Below, piece after piece: positions 25,265 to 38,480 of a DNA stretch of 64,000 bases. A program made the translations under genes and the position numbers. The stretch is from Monocercomonoides exilis PA203 (taxonomy: Eukaryota; Protista; Preaxostyla). Position 1 is the first letter of the stretch. Each line of letters opens with the position of its first letter. The stretch lies in contig LSRY02000016.1 of NCBI GenBank assembly GCA_001643675.2, positions 372,001-436,000 of the forward strand. Direction: 5' to 3'. The notes beneath the pieces were generated by a model. That model was not told the origin of the DNA. It made no database searches and worked only from the letters and a program-made list of their open reading frames with translations.

Positions 25265-28200
25265 TTACTCCTTGTAAAATATCTTGACTTCATCGAAAGT
25301 CATTGCAAGAAGTGTAAATTCCTGTTTATAAGCAGTCCATTTCCTTGTTGCTAATTGTGCAGTCATCATATCTTCTGTAGATGCAAAATGTTTCTGCTTA
25401 AGAGAAGATGAATCATTTGACAAAGACGAAGAAGTTGAAGAGGAAGAGGAGGAGGAGGAAGAAGAAGTGGAAGATGATGACGAACTCGAAGAAGCCGCTG
25501 GGTCAAACGTGGAATGAAGAGAGAAAGTGGTTGAGGCAGAATAAGGTGTGTTTGGGTCTGCGTCTCCTTTCATCACATCGATGTGGTGCAGCGCAGACTC
25601 AAACCAGTGAATGGAGTTCCAATGCGCACTCTGCCGCAGCAGCGATATCATGAACACACACCCCATCGCAAACCCGTCGTCGCAAAAGCCTCCTCCGCTC
25701 CTCCTCTTCAGCAGCGCATCCTTCATCGAGGTCACTGCATCCACATGTGCAATCGTCAGCGCTGGGACAATCAGAGGAAAAGCCCTCAAATGGAGTGTCT
25801 TCGTCCCACTCCACTCGCTGCTCCACGCGTCACGTACGCTGATTCCTCCGTCTTTCGAATCCTGCGCTGCCAGCTGCTTTCTAAAGACATCCAGAAACAG
25901 CTGGAAGAAGTCGGTGCCTTCGCCAAAGTTCTCAATAAGCGTATTAACAGCCTCATCCAGCGAAGCTGCTGCTGCCTTTGTTGTCTCAGATAGCCCTTGC
26001 TTCTCCACCTCTTCCTTAAACACAATGGAGTTGCTGTCTTGTCCTAATTCTCCGTCCTCGTTGTGAATTACTCCGGATCCCATCACAAACTTCATACCTC
26101 CGGCAACACATCGCTGTGCCCCGCACCGTAGCAACCTAACAAATCCAAGGGCATTCCCCATTTCCTGAATCAGCTCCCGAAAATGCTCCAAAAAGTCCAC
26201 GTCGTCTGTCCCTGCGCTCAGCTTCCGGATGTCTCCCATCAGCTTCTTCGCCTGGCTGAATGGGTAGCAGTTGCCCCACTCCTTTCTGTGAGTCTTCCAG
26301 TCTTTCATCTCCTTCGCCAGAAACGACTTGATGTGCTCGTCTGCCAGAAACGAGCAGAAGATGCTGAGCAGGCGGGTGAACTCCTGATACACAAAATTCA
26401 CAGCGGTGTGCAGCATCCCCACGCCGTGTGTCCGGAGCGAGTTGGCGCAGTGCGTGGCACTCAAACACCGGATGGTGCGGTTGTCTCCTGACGCCTCCAC
26501 AAACATCTGCCCTTCGATCGAGTACCGGAAGCGCGACACAAACACCCCCAAGTTCCGCGCCACTTCCAGCACATCCATCCCTTGCCCCAGCATCTGCGCA
26601 GGGAGATGGCTGTCAAGGACACAGATTCCGAAGCGCTGCTCAGCCAGTGATGCCATCTCGGCATACGTCTGCCATTCAGACAGCTCCAGAGAAGTCAGCT
26701 GGTAGAAGGTTTCAGACAGGTGTGCTCCGACTCGCTCTTTCAGCGTCCACACTCGGTTGAACAGGCGAATGCGCGGAAGAGAACACAAAATGAGCGAAAG
26801 TTTGTCGTCGGGGCCTTTGTTGAGTGCAGACGAATTGGAGGAAATGGCAGAAGAAGAAGCAGAAGAAGAGAGAAACGACGAGAAGAATGAAAGCGGAGAT
26901 GCTCCTTTTGCAGAAGAAGAGGAGGACGACGATGAATCTGAAATGAACGGATTCGCTGCATTATCCAAGCCAGGTGAGCTGCCCGTTTTGTTCTTTTCTT
27001 TCTCTTTCACACTCAGCTCTCCCGCAAACCCTCCTTTCCACGCGTGGTCTTCAGCGATCGGGTGGAGTGTTGCCTGGACGTCCATTCTGACTCTTGTTTC
27101 CACAGCAAAACAGAGCGGCTTCACAATGTTCTCTTCCAGCGAGGTCTCAACTGTCGATACCCAGGAGCTGGCGAGTGTGGGGAAGGCTGATGCTCTTTCA
27201 GTTTGTTCTGAAGAGGCTGCTGCTGACGAACCTAAAGATGGCTCTATTGAGGAAGAAGGGACAGGAAAGACAGGTTCAGGCATTTGGCGGTATTTTGTGA
27301 GGGGCGTGGCGAATGTGCACAGTCGAAGTGGATCGTGAAGTGCTGAGCAAAATGAAGGCAGAAGAGGAGCAAGAGAAGCATCACCACCTAATTCACTGAA
27401 GAAGTCAGAGAGAATCGGTTTGCACCTGAAGATAATACAGAAATAATATATTTGAATAAAAGCAATTGGAATAATTAGTCAAAGAAAAGAAATGAATAAC
27501 AACTGAAGAATAAATATTTCAAAATTGAAGAAAAAAAAATGAATCCCAATATTCAAATAGACATAAAGACAATTTTGATGTATCAATCATACCAATAGAG
27601 CCACTTGCAATCGCAGCAGTTTCCGATTGTGGTTGGAAGGTCTGTCAGCACGTTAAGCACAGAAACAGCATAGTCGACAAGCTTTCTCTCCTTCTCTGTC
27701 ATAATCCCCTTCACACGCAGCACATCAAGAAATGCATCAATTGCAGCCAGTTTTGATTGAGTGAGCGGCTGGTTGCTGAGCTTTCTGATGAGAAAACAGG
27801 CAGACAGCTGGTCGAGCTGAAGATGCGTGAGCTTGTCGAGTGAAGGCGGATGATTGTCATTTTGCAGGGAAGAACCAGTCAGAACGCCTGAAGAAGAAGA
27901 AGAAGAAGTGTTCTGCTGTTCAGAAGCAGCTGCAGAAGCTTTACTCTCCACTTCCTGTGAATGCTTCATGTCCTGTTCTTCGAGGTCGAGCATCGCACTC
28001 ATCACGCCTGCTCTGTCAGCCACGTCGTCAATCACATCCAGCAGCTCCCCAGCAGCCATTTCAATGCAGCCAGAGACGGTTGACGCCACCTGCGCTGTGT
28101 GGCTATAGAACGAGTTCTGTATTTGCTTCAGGACGGATATGGCGAGCAGCAGATGCCGCACCGCTGAGAAAGGGAAGGCGTCGTTGAGTGCCACGTAGAG

Positions 28201-29197
28201 ACAGACATACGTCGAGGCAATGTGGTTCAGCTGGGACACCTGTGCCAGGCCAGTGGTGATAAGATGCGTCCGAAACGAAAGCGTCTTCATGACTGCAGCT
28301 GCGTGCGACTTCGAGTCTTTGTATTGTCCGCTTGGAGAAGCTGATCCGCCAGTCGCATTGAACAGCGTTGTCAGGAAAGACCGCCGAGTAATTTTGGCTT
28401 TTTGCTTTTGCACTTTCTGCTGCTTTTCTTGCTGTTTAATTCTCTCTTGTTCTCTCTGCATTTCTCTGTCTTTCTCCTTCTCTTTTGCAATGAGCGTGCT
28501 CAGCAGTGTGTCTGTTTTGGATCCGTAAAACATCGAACTCGAAGTAACTTGATGTTCTGCTTTTATTCTGTCACCGTCTTCTTTTTCGTCCTCATTTTCT
28601 CTGCCTTTGTCGTTGCAGTCGCCTTCTCCTTTGTGGGCAGCACCACTTTCCTCTTGTCTGCTCACGTCATATTCATTTGTATCGTATTTTTCAGCCACTT
28701 TCTCTCCATATGGATCATCCGGATCGTCCAAATAATCGTCTTCTTCGTTCGCTTGGCCTTCCTCTTCTTCGTCGTCGAACTCGCTCATCCGCTTTCTGTC
28801 CATTGCCGATAGCACTTTCCTCCCTCTCCTCTTCCGATACGCCAGCCTCACTGCCTCGTCCAACGAGGAGTCCATCGTCGCCAGCCAGGCGACTGTCCGC
28901 TCGCTTTGTATGGCCGCTCTCACGCCAATGATCGGGTCCATCAGCCGCAGCTGCTCCACAGCATTCGCGTCGATTTCTTCTTTGTCGATTGACTTGCCGT
29001 CCAGAAAGGAGTACAGTGAATCGGGTATTTCGGCCAGCAGGAACAGCTGTGGGTAGAAGAGATATGGAGATGTGAATAGTGAAGTGAATGGAGGATGTAT
29101 CAGAACCACAGGGAGACGCAAGAAGATGGCCCAGAGTGATATGAAGGCAGATCTGAATGTTACAGACAAAGAAAAAGAGAAAGATATATAGAAATAA

Positions 29198-29232
<35 letters not shown>

Positions 29233-30674
29233 TATATTCAATTGTAAATACAATGTGAGTGATCAAATGAACAACTTTATTCTAAATTTTTAATTTCACA
29301 CTTTGATTTGAAAGGGCACTGGCAGACTTGAGGGAAAAACGCAGCCAATCCGCAGACGCCGATGACGCGGGACTCAAAAGAAGGCACAAAGACGCTCTGC
29401 GACGAAAGAGCTGCGAAAAGCGGAGTTTTCAGTTCAGTTGTGTTTGCAGCAGCTGTCGGTGATATGAGCTGTGCAGCAGGCGAAGCGGAGGAAGAGAAAA
29501 ACGACGCTGGTGACGCAGTTGTGGAGGATGCTCTGGAAAATGGGATGTCAATCGTCAGTTGCTCGATGCGTCGCTCAATAACGCTGAAGAATGCACGTGT
29601 GAATGCCAAGTTGTTGATGATAGTGACAGAGCCTGCACTGTGGAACGCTTCGTTCGCAAATGCATGAAAAAGGCTTCTGTCCAACATTTTCTCACTCAAA
29701 ACTCGCAGCGTTGTCTGAAGCGAGGCCAACGCTTCCTCATCTGTCTGTTTTTCATCATCCTCCTCTTCGCCTGCTGTGTTTTCTTCTTTCCCTCCTTGGC
29801 TTAGCCTACTTGACATGCGTTCGGTTTTTTCTGAGATTCTAAGTCCTCCAAAGCGTGATGTGTCTTTCCCAACAGCTCTTAGAACTTTCCGAAGAGCAGT
29901 CGCACCATCTTTTAAGGCTTTATTTTCTTTTATAATGGTGTCCAATGTTATTAAAATCATCAAAATTTTCTCCAATGAACCCCATACAGAATTCAAATCA
30001 ACTGTCTTAAATGATTGAACAAATGCTCTCTTTTGGTCATTGTACACGCATGCTAATTGTTGAACTATATTTTTCCCGACTTCGTGAACTCGCTTCATAA
30101 AAAAGAAAGTGTCCAATAATGGAGATAAAAAAGCAGCAAAGCGCTGAGCAGTATCTGTTTCGTTCAGTATTTGTCGAGTCATTGATCGGCCGTGTCGTTT
30201 GCTATCCTGCGGGTCTTGACCAAACATCATCAATCGTGGAAAAATAACATTATTTGCCTATGAAATCAAAATATTAAAAAGAATGTTTTATATTGAATTC
30301 GTCACACTATTGAATCCAGTTCCTTGACCTCGAGAATCAAATTTACAAATACTTTCATTATTTTTTCAAATAATGCATTTCCAGTTTCCCCAATTATTTT
30401 CAATGTTCCAATTTGTTCGTATGGAGAAGTATTTATTGAAAAAGATTGGGATTCAACATGCCAGTTATCTGAACTGCTATCTCCAAGCGTTGATTGAAAG
30501 TCATAAATATGAACTCTCTGAGCTTTGGTAAATGTTTGCAATTGAGAAAGAAATCGCTCCTGTGGCGTTACTGTTTGTTTTGTTGATTAGGACAAATGAA
30601 AATCAGTGTTTTTTTGTAAAAATAATAATTTCCATACAATTTTCATCGTCAAGGAATGGATCCAAAGCTTCCAT
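25265..30674 (-). CDS. WASHC4: WASH complex subunit 4 (SWIP/KIAA1033/WASH-7), multi-exon
   Basis: HLPAQMLGQGMDVLEVARNLGVFVSRFRYSIEGQMFVE, ANSLRTHGVGMLHTAVNFVYQ, MGNALGFVRLLRCG, HLRAFPLIVPALT and FCDDGFAMG...HWFES match remembered SWIP motifs. ATG 30674; introns near 30.6, 30.28, 29.2 and 27.5 kb. Confidence 0.9.
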
Positions 30675-31426
30675 CTACGCACTATCTTCGTCCAATGATA
30701 AATTCAAACGAAAACAAATTGAATATAAAATAAGTAGAAAATCTTTCATAAATGTTACAAACAACGAATAAAAGTGTTTCAATTGTATCTTATCTTAAAT
30801 TTCGAGTATTTGCTTTTTGTTTATATCAAAAAAGCAAAAAACCAAAATTTAGAGTATTATAAAGGGTGATCGATCTTTGGTGAATGAAATATCGAAATGA
30901 ATATTTCAAAAAATGATTTGATTATTCTTTTTGTTATAATTAATTATCTATCGATATATTTCAATTGTTCCTTGAAGAAATATTTGAAATTTGTCCTTGA
31001 AAAAAGTTGAGAACAGCAATTTCGAATGAATTTTTTTTGTTTTTTGTATTCTATGGTTTGCACAAAAACACTTTAACTTTTTGAGTGATATTTTTAATAA
31101 AAAAAAGTGAAGTGCAAATAAACAATTGTTCAAATGAATAATGGACATCCCAATAAATATCTGAAAGAGAAAAAATAGAACCCGAATCAATTCAAAGTTC
31201 TTTCAATAATATTCATGCACGTTACAATAATATAGAAAATGGTGGGGAAATATAAGACAATGAATGAAGGGCAAACTGTTCGACATGTTAAATGTCTTTT
31301 CAAACTTTTTTTTTCTGAATCCATTCAATCTTTGATTCAAACAGATTGTATCAATTACTTTCATTTAATCTCATGAAATTTTCAAGATGGAAACTTTCAA
31401 GAATTTTTTTCTGAAAAATGCATAAA

Positions 31427-31427
31427 A

Positions 31428-31486
<59 letters not shown>
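31427..31486. repeat. (GAAA)n tetranucleotide microsatellite, ~15 units
   Basis: Direct reading of aaagaaagaaag... Confidence 0.95.
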
Positions 31487-31489
<3 letters not shown>

Positions 31490-31522
31490 TTCTTTGTAAT
31501 TCACGAAGTGTTGTTTGATTAT

Positions 31523-32935
31523 TTATATAAAAACGAGAGTATTTGAGAAATTTATGGAAAATCCAATGTACATCCTGTACATATCAAGGATTTTGTTATT
31601 TAAGCTCGCTGTTAAATCTTCAAATCCGTTTTCTTCCATCTTTTCATACATCTCCATTTTTATTATCTTTCTGTTCGCTTCTCCAGCTTTGTTATTCATC
31701 TTTCCTATCAATCGATCTGAAATCGCAATTAAAAATGGTAAGCATTCATTTACCATTTTTTCATTCAAAGTTGGGCGCTGAAGCTCCTCCAAAACAGCAT
31801 CAATTGCTCTGCCTTTCAACAAGTCTTCGATCTTCACAGCTCTGCATCTCTCTGCTTTTCTAATGCACTGAATGCACCAGTAGCAAATTTCTCTGCAAAC
31901 ATCCTTCGCAGCTCGAAACGCGTCTACAATGCTTCCGATAAGTTTAGCATATTCAACTTTCCATAATTCAAAATTCAAAAAAATATAATACAACGCGCAG
32001 ATCCATCTCTTTATGATATCCCATTCGATTATTTCCTTCCGTCTTCTCTCTTCTTCATTTCTTTTCCAACTCACATTCTTCACAAGTTCTTCCAGTTCTT
32101 TTGTTGCATCATCTATGAAATGTAGTTTGCTCACAATTATTTCTTCCAAACCTCTTTCGTTGATAAATCTGTTTATAACAAACTGTCAAGCCAATTGATA
32201 CGCAAGTCGTGTAAGATTGTGACGCTCCTGATGATATTTGATGATTTCTGCAATTTCATTCAAATATAATTCGTTGCATATAATCTATATAAAGTTAATT
32301 TAATTTTATTCAAGCAAGAAAACAATTGAAAAGAACAAAACATGGTTGTCGCTGATGCCACTCAAAGCAAGCAAAGCCACTTCCACTTCTTTTTGCGTTT
32401 TCTCGTTTTCTTCTTTGTTCAATGCAACTTTCAGAAGGCAACGCACAACGATTGAAAGCAATTCTTTGGAAATGCTAAATACATTGAGCAAAAGATAGCA
32501 TTCACAAAGATCAGCCAGTAACTTTTCACTTTTTCCTTCTTTCTTCATCTCTTCGTCAACAATCATCTTTACAATTTTATCGCAAAGCAAAGATCTTTCA
32601 AATTGAGAGAAACGTATATTCTTCAATGCATTGCAATATCCCATGTGCTTCAGTAACATGATCCCACTTTCCACTGTCAGCTTCTTCTCTTCAAACATTT
32701 TGTTGATTTTGTTGTAATTTTCATTTGAAAGCACATGGATCAATTCATTTTCATTCATTTCATCCATCATTTCATTCATTTCAAATATTTTATTTCTTTG
32801 TAGTTCCTCATCGCAATCTTCAAGCACAAAAAACAATTCTTCAGAAAAATATTGAAAGAAACGCAATTGAAAAGAATTTAAATACAACAGCAGCTCCAAA
32901 CGCGAAAACTTGTTTGAAACATCTTTCTCCTTCAT
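31523..32935 (-). pseudogene. Member of a lineage-expanded alpha-helical (ARM-like) family; in-frame TGA, probable pseudogene
   Basis: Same exon layout and motifs as 34367-35875 (KLLADLCECYLLL, KEVEVALLALS, HQERHNLTRLAYQ); TGA at 32186-32188 where the paralog has TGG (Trp). Confidence 0.7.
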
Positions 32936-34366
32936 TTCAACAAAAATATCATATTCAGACAATGGTGTCCGTCAACATTTTTGTCATTCAAATAAAAACC
33001 AATGCACAGCAAGAAAGAAGAAATTGACGAAAATATTATCCAAAATAGGAAAGAAAAAATGATCTCTCGCACCATAGGCTTTTGCATTGGTATTTTTGAT
33101 AAGGATACTAACAGAAACAATGTTTAATCGATGGAAAACTTAAAAATAGTTATGATCTAATTGCATAAATTGGAAAGATTAAAAAAATGTGACATTCAAA
33201 AAAAGCATGAGAAAGAAAAAATATTTTTGCAATGTTCTTCCATTTCTTTTTCAGCTTCTTTTTCTTCTTTCGAATTTTTTTCAACCATCTCACTTCAAGA
33301 ATTCTGTATGCAGACGCAGTCATTTTTCTTATTCTGCTGCTTCAAAAGCCTCTCCAAACACTAGCTTTGGTGCAACTGCTGAAATACCTCTTGAAAATCC
33401 TTCATCTTCTCTTCTTGTTTCTTCTTCTGCATGAAATGTTCCATAAAAAAAAACTGAAATAACGCAATCAGAATCAACAGCATATGTGACATTATCATAA
33501 TCTTCTTCTTCTCCTCCTCCTCCTCCTCTTTTCCTTATTCTTCGTCTTTATCCCTTCGTCTTAATCTTCTTCTTATTCATAATTCTCAACTTTATAACCA
33601 AATCATAATATCTATTTCTTCTCCTTATTCAAGAAATATGACTTCTTTCAAATTCTTCACAAATATTCCACATCTCGAATGAATTATACAATTTTGAATT
33701 CTTTTCATTCTTCTCCCTTTCTCTTTCTCTCTCAATCTTTATGGGTTGCATCAAAACTCCCATCAGAATTTCTTCCTCTCTCCGATTTTCATATTAAACA
33801 TTTTTGTTTTCTTTCGATGCTGCAAACAGATTGTTTTTCCTTTTGGAAATGGAAATGTTGAAGAATGAATAAACAGGCAGAGGAAAGCGTTTGGGTTGAA
33901 TGCTTCTCTTCACTTGAAGCAGCATCAACATCGTTGTTTGCTGTTTTTGTTGTCTTTTCAACATTCTCTGAGGGTTTCTGATATTCCTTGAAAGCAAAGG
34001 AAGCATTGAGAGAACACAACTTTCTTTTTGCCAATGATCCGAAAAGAGGTTGTTTTTCTCAAAACAATCAAAAGAATGAATGAAGAATTTGAATTAAAAA
34101 ATGTTTGTCAACTCATTTTGGGAAGAACTTTGGTGAAAGAAAGAAGAAAATGGAGATATTTATGATTTAAATTATTTTATTTGAAAAAAAATTGAATCTT
34201 TTTTTTTGTTGTTGTTGTTATTTCTTCACTTCATTTTGTGAATCGGGATAAAAAAATCACTTTTAAAACAAATATGTGAAAATTAATTATTGCACCGTTT
34301 TGTGAAATGAATTAAAAAAAGAGAAAGTGAAATTCTGAGAAAGTTAATTCTAAGCATCTCATTTCC

Positions 34367-35875
34367 TCAAACATACACAAGATAATCAGAAATATTCAAC
34401 GATGTTTCGCGATAATATTTTCTATAGAGATAATCAAATATTTTATGAAAGGTGGTGATGGTATCTTCGTATCCTTCTTCTTCCAGCTTTTCAAAAACCT
34501 TCCTTTTCGTCGCCTTTCTTTTCACTTCTTTCATTTCATCATCAGTCTTTATTTTCAGTTTCAATGAGACTTCCATAAAGAATATCAAGCAATTATATGC
34601 AGTTTCGTCATCCATTGTTTGTTTATAAATCTCATCCAAAACGATATCAATTACTCCTCCTTTTAGTAACCCTTCAACTTTCACAGTTCTATTTCTTGCT
34701 GCTTTTCTTAAGGCATCAATGCTCTTGCAACAAATTTCTCTGAAATTTTCCTTCGCTGCTCGAAATACCTGTACAATGCTGCTGAAAAGACCAACATATT
34801 CTTCGTTCAACAACGAGCATAAATAAAAATTAGAATCCAACGTTTGGATCCATCTAATTATTATCTTTGCTCTTTTCTTTTCTCCTCTGCTCATTTCATC
34901 TCCTTTTCTCCTCCAATCCACATTTCTTGTCAGCTCATCCAATTCTCGTCTTGCCTCTCTCACAAGATGCAGTTCATTTGCAGCATTTCCACTCAAATTA
35001 TAGTCAACCCAAAGTCGGAAAATTAAAAACTCCCAAGCACACTGATAGGCGAGTCGTGAAAGATTGTGATGTTCCTGATGGTATTCGATGATTTCTTTGA
35101 TCTCATTCAAATATAGTTCTTGTTCAACATCCTAATCAAAAAATAAAAATAAAAAAAGAAAAAAAGAAAAAGAAAAAATGTCTAAAAGGAAATAGAAATG
35201 ATCAAACAGTAAATTTATCAATGCAACTCAATGCAAGAAAAGCCATTTCTACTTCTTTTCGTGTTTCTTCGCTTTCCTCTTTCTTCAAGGGAACTTTCAA
35301 AAGATGAGGTACGCATGTTGCAATCAAGTCCTCTGAAATGAATCCTTTAACCAGTAAAATTAAGCATTCACAAAGTCCAACAAGAAGATTTTCATTCTTT
35401 TCTTTTTCATTCTTATAATCTTCTTCAAACGTCATCTTCTCAAATCTTTCGCTCAATAAAGATTCTTCAAAGTTCAGATTACATTCTTTTTTCAGCGAAT
35501 TGCAATGACCAATGCATTTCAGCAGCAAAATTGCATTTTCTATCGTCAATTTGTTTTCTTCAATCATTTCATCTATTCGATTGAACATTTCTTTTGTGAA
35601 AAAGGATTCGAATTCTTCTTCCTCCATTCCATCAAATATTTCATTTATTTCTCCGATTTTCTTTCTCTGTTCATCTTCATCGCAATGCTCAAGTTGATAA
35701 AACAATTCTTCAAATAAAAAAAAGATAGAAAACAATGCAATAGAAAAGAATTCTAATTCAACAACAAGGACAAACCATTAAACCTTTCAGTTCTACTCGT
35801 TGTCTGCATTTTCAAAAATGCACTGCACCCAGAAAACAATGAAAATTCATCATTCGCATTCAATCGGCATTTCAT
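34367..35875 (-). CDS. Lineage-expanded alpha-helical (ARM-like) hypothetical protein, 3 exons
   Basis: ORFs 35202-35735 and 34367-35110 plus a short first exon (..TSRTERFN-ELFYQLEHC); GT-AG introns near 35775-35709 and ~35.2-35.13 kb; start may be 35809 or 35875. Confidence 0.75.
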
Positions 35876-38138
35876 TGGATATTAGAAATTGGAGGAAAAT
35901 AAAATCTCAAATGAGTTTTAAAAAATCTGCTTTCACACTGTTTTTTCTTGTGCAAACATTTTTGACAAAGGATGACAAAGATACAAAAAAACTTTAATGT
36001 TTATTCTTTATTTATTATGGATATGTTGAACGAATTTCTTTTTAAAAACAGGAAATAACATTGACAAAATGATAGAACGGAAAGTGAACATTATCTATAG
36101 AACTAGAAATATTATTTCCTGTGGAGCTAACAGACAATGGTGAGATGCAAAAATTCTGAAATTCTGTCTGATGATTTTTAGAGATTGGACGGCCAAGGAA
36201 AATACAACAATTTCATCAATAACTCAAAAAACATAATGTATGCAATTTTTATTGTTCTATTGATTGTGAAGATATTTCCGTCTGTTTCCTTTCCAAAGTG
36301 CAGCAATCAGAATTATTGTTGAAATGGCCAATTACCTCTTTGCGGAGCAATATGATGGGAATGGAGCAGATTATAATACAAAAATTGATAAATAAAGGAA
36401 TATATGCAAGATACGTGATTTTCATAATTTTTTTATTGGACCAAGAGGTGAAAACAAATTCAACTGATGTTTTGTTGAATGAAGATTTATGGATGGTATT
36501 CTGTGAAGGGAAAAAATCTGCACAAAATTATATAGAATTTAAGAGCGTAAGGCAGATGGGGCAGTTTGGGGTATTTTTTTGGAAAGGAAAGTGACTGGCA
36601 ATATCGAGGGAAGGATATTTATCATAAAAAAAAGGCTAGAATTCAACTGAAAAAAGGAGAACCCCCAAATATCAGTTTTATTTATAAGGTTTTCCTGTTT
36701 CTCGGACTGCACCAGGCAGACATGGAAGGCTGCGAATTTCTATTTCTGATTCCGCTTTTGCTTCAAAAGAGTGGAGAAACGCCAACTACGAGACATCCAA
36801 TTATCGAATATTAGCTTGCAGTCGAACAACATTCAGGCCAAACGCTTTTGGATTTCATTCTTCGAAGGGACAGCCATTTTGAGCAAGCAAGGCGATTATC
36901 ATTCGAAGTTTGCTTTCTTCGATGCCACAGCCAATGAAAGAGAATATGATGGTTTTTGTATCATCATTTGTTTTTCAACAAAGTTGTTGTTTCACTCAGA
37001 TTATATGTTTGTGCATGGTCCTTTGAATTTTGTGCGTTGAGCATCAGAGAATGCATTTCAGAAGCATTGTCATCTGCATCGTGAGCATCGATGAATGAAT
37101 GCCAACTTTTTCTATCATTCTTCCTCCTCGTTGTTGAAGCACAGCCAACTCATTCTCTTCATTTTCTTCATGGCTTATCTTCCTCATCCTCAATCTCGTT
37201 GACGTTTGATGCCTTTCAATCACGCAGGCTGAAGAGCCATATCCTTCAAGCACATAAAGATGAGCATTCCTTCCTTCCTCAGCAGCCCCATTTTATCTGC
37301 TTTTATCTTCCAATTGTCGTCGTCTATTTCTTCTCCCTTTTTTCATCATTATCTTCTTCTTCTTTGAATTTGAATTTGAATTTGTTATTTTCATCTTTGA
37401 ATTTTTTTATTCGTTTTTATTTCGGCTCTGCCCCTCTCTCCATATCCTACGCTCAAATAGCTCTTATTCCCCATATGCCACTCCACTTTTCGTATCACTG
37501 ATACGATAGAACGTCTTTCATGTTGATAATTGAAACAATTTACTCTTCTTCTTCCGCTTCTTCCCTGTCTTAACCTTCTTTGAGGATTCATCTCATTTGT
37601 CGTTGGATTGTTGCTCTCTGATTCATTTAAACTGCTCAATTCATCTGCACCTCAAAATTGAACTTTTAATTGGTTCATTCATCTTTTTTTGATGAATTTC
37701 CTTTTTGAGAAATTCATGTCTTTTCTTTCGAGTTGCATTCTTCTTTAACACCTTCTTCAATGAATTATAAAGTTTTATGATTTCCATTTCATTCAACTTC
37801 TCTCAGAGTCTGTGTAAGACATCGAATTTTGTTTAAAATTCAAAAGCACAAAACGAATATTCATTTTCCCAAGAATATCAGCTGAAGTTATTTAACGGCG
37901 GAAGCGACTCTTTATTTTTAATTCTGAGATCGAAGAAAACGCAGAGAAAATGAAAAGAAAGAAATAGAATACTGAATGATTTTGGGAAACAGGAAATTGG
38001 ATTAAAATAATTATTGTCGAACTCTTAATTACTCATTCAGAAATAATGCAAGGGAATGTCAAATTGCTTCGTGGACGAAAGATATATCGTCCAAAAGATA
38101 TGATCCATAAAGTTCAAAGGATTTATCGTTTCTTTCTT

Positions 38139-38178
<40 letters not shown>

Positions 38179-38480
38179 TGATTTATTAATTAGTTAGTTA
38201 ATTAATCTAGTTATTTATTTATTCATTTATTTATTTATTTATTATTTTGGGGAATAACACTAAATTTTAGAATATTTTTTTATCTTTTTTTCACTAAATT
38301 TCTGTGCAACTCAGTGAGATTCAACACTTAAAATGATAACCAAGATCATAACATGTCGTTAAAAACATATTCAAAAAAAAAAATTGACTATTCGATTTCA
38401 CTTCTGAATAATTGAAACATAATAATAATATGGGTTATTGAAATTTTTTCATTTTCTGATTTTCCCCAGCATCTACATCT

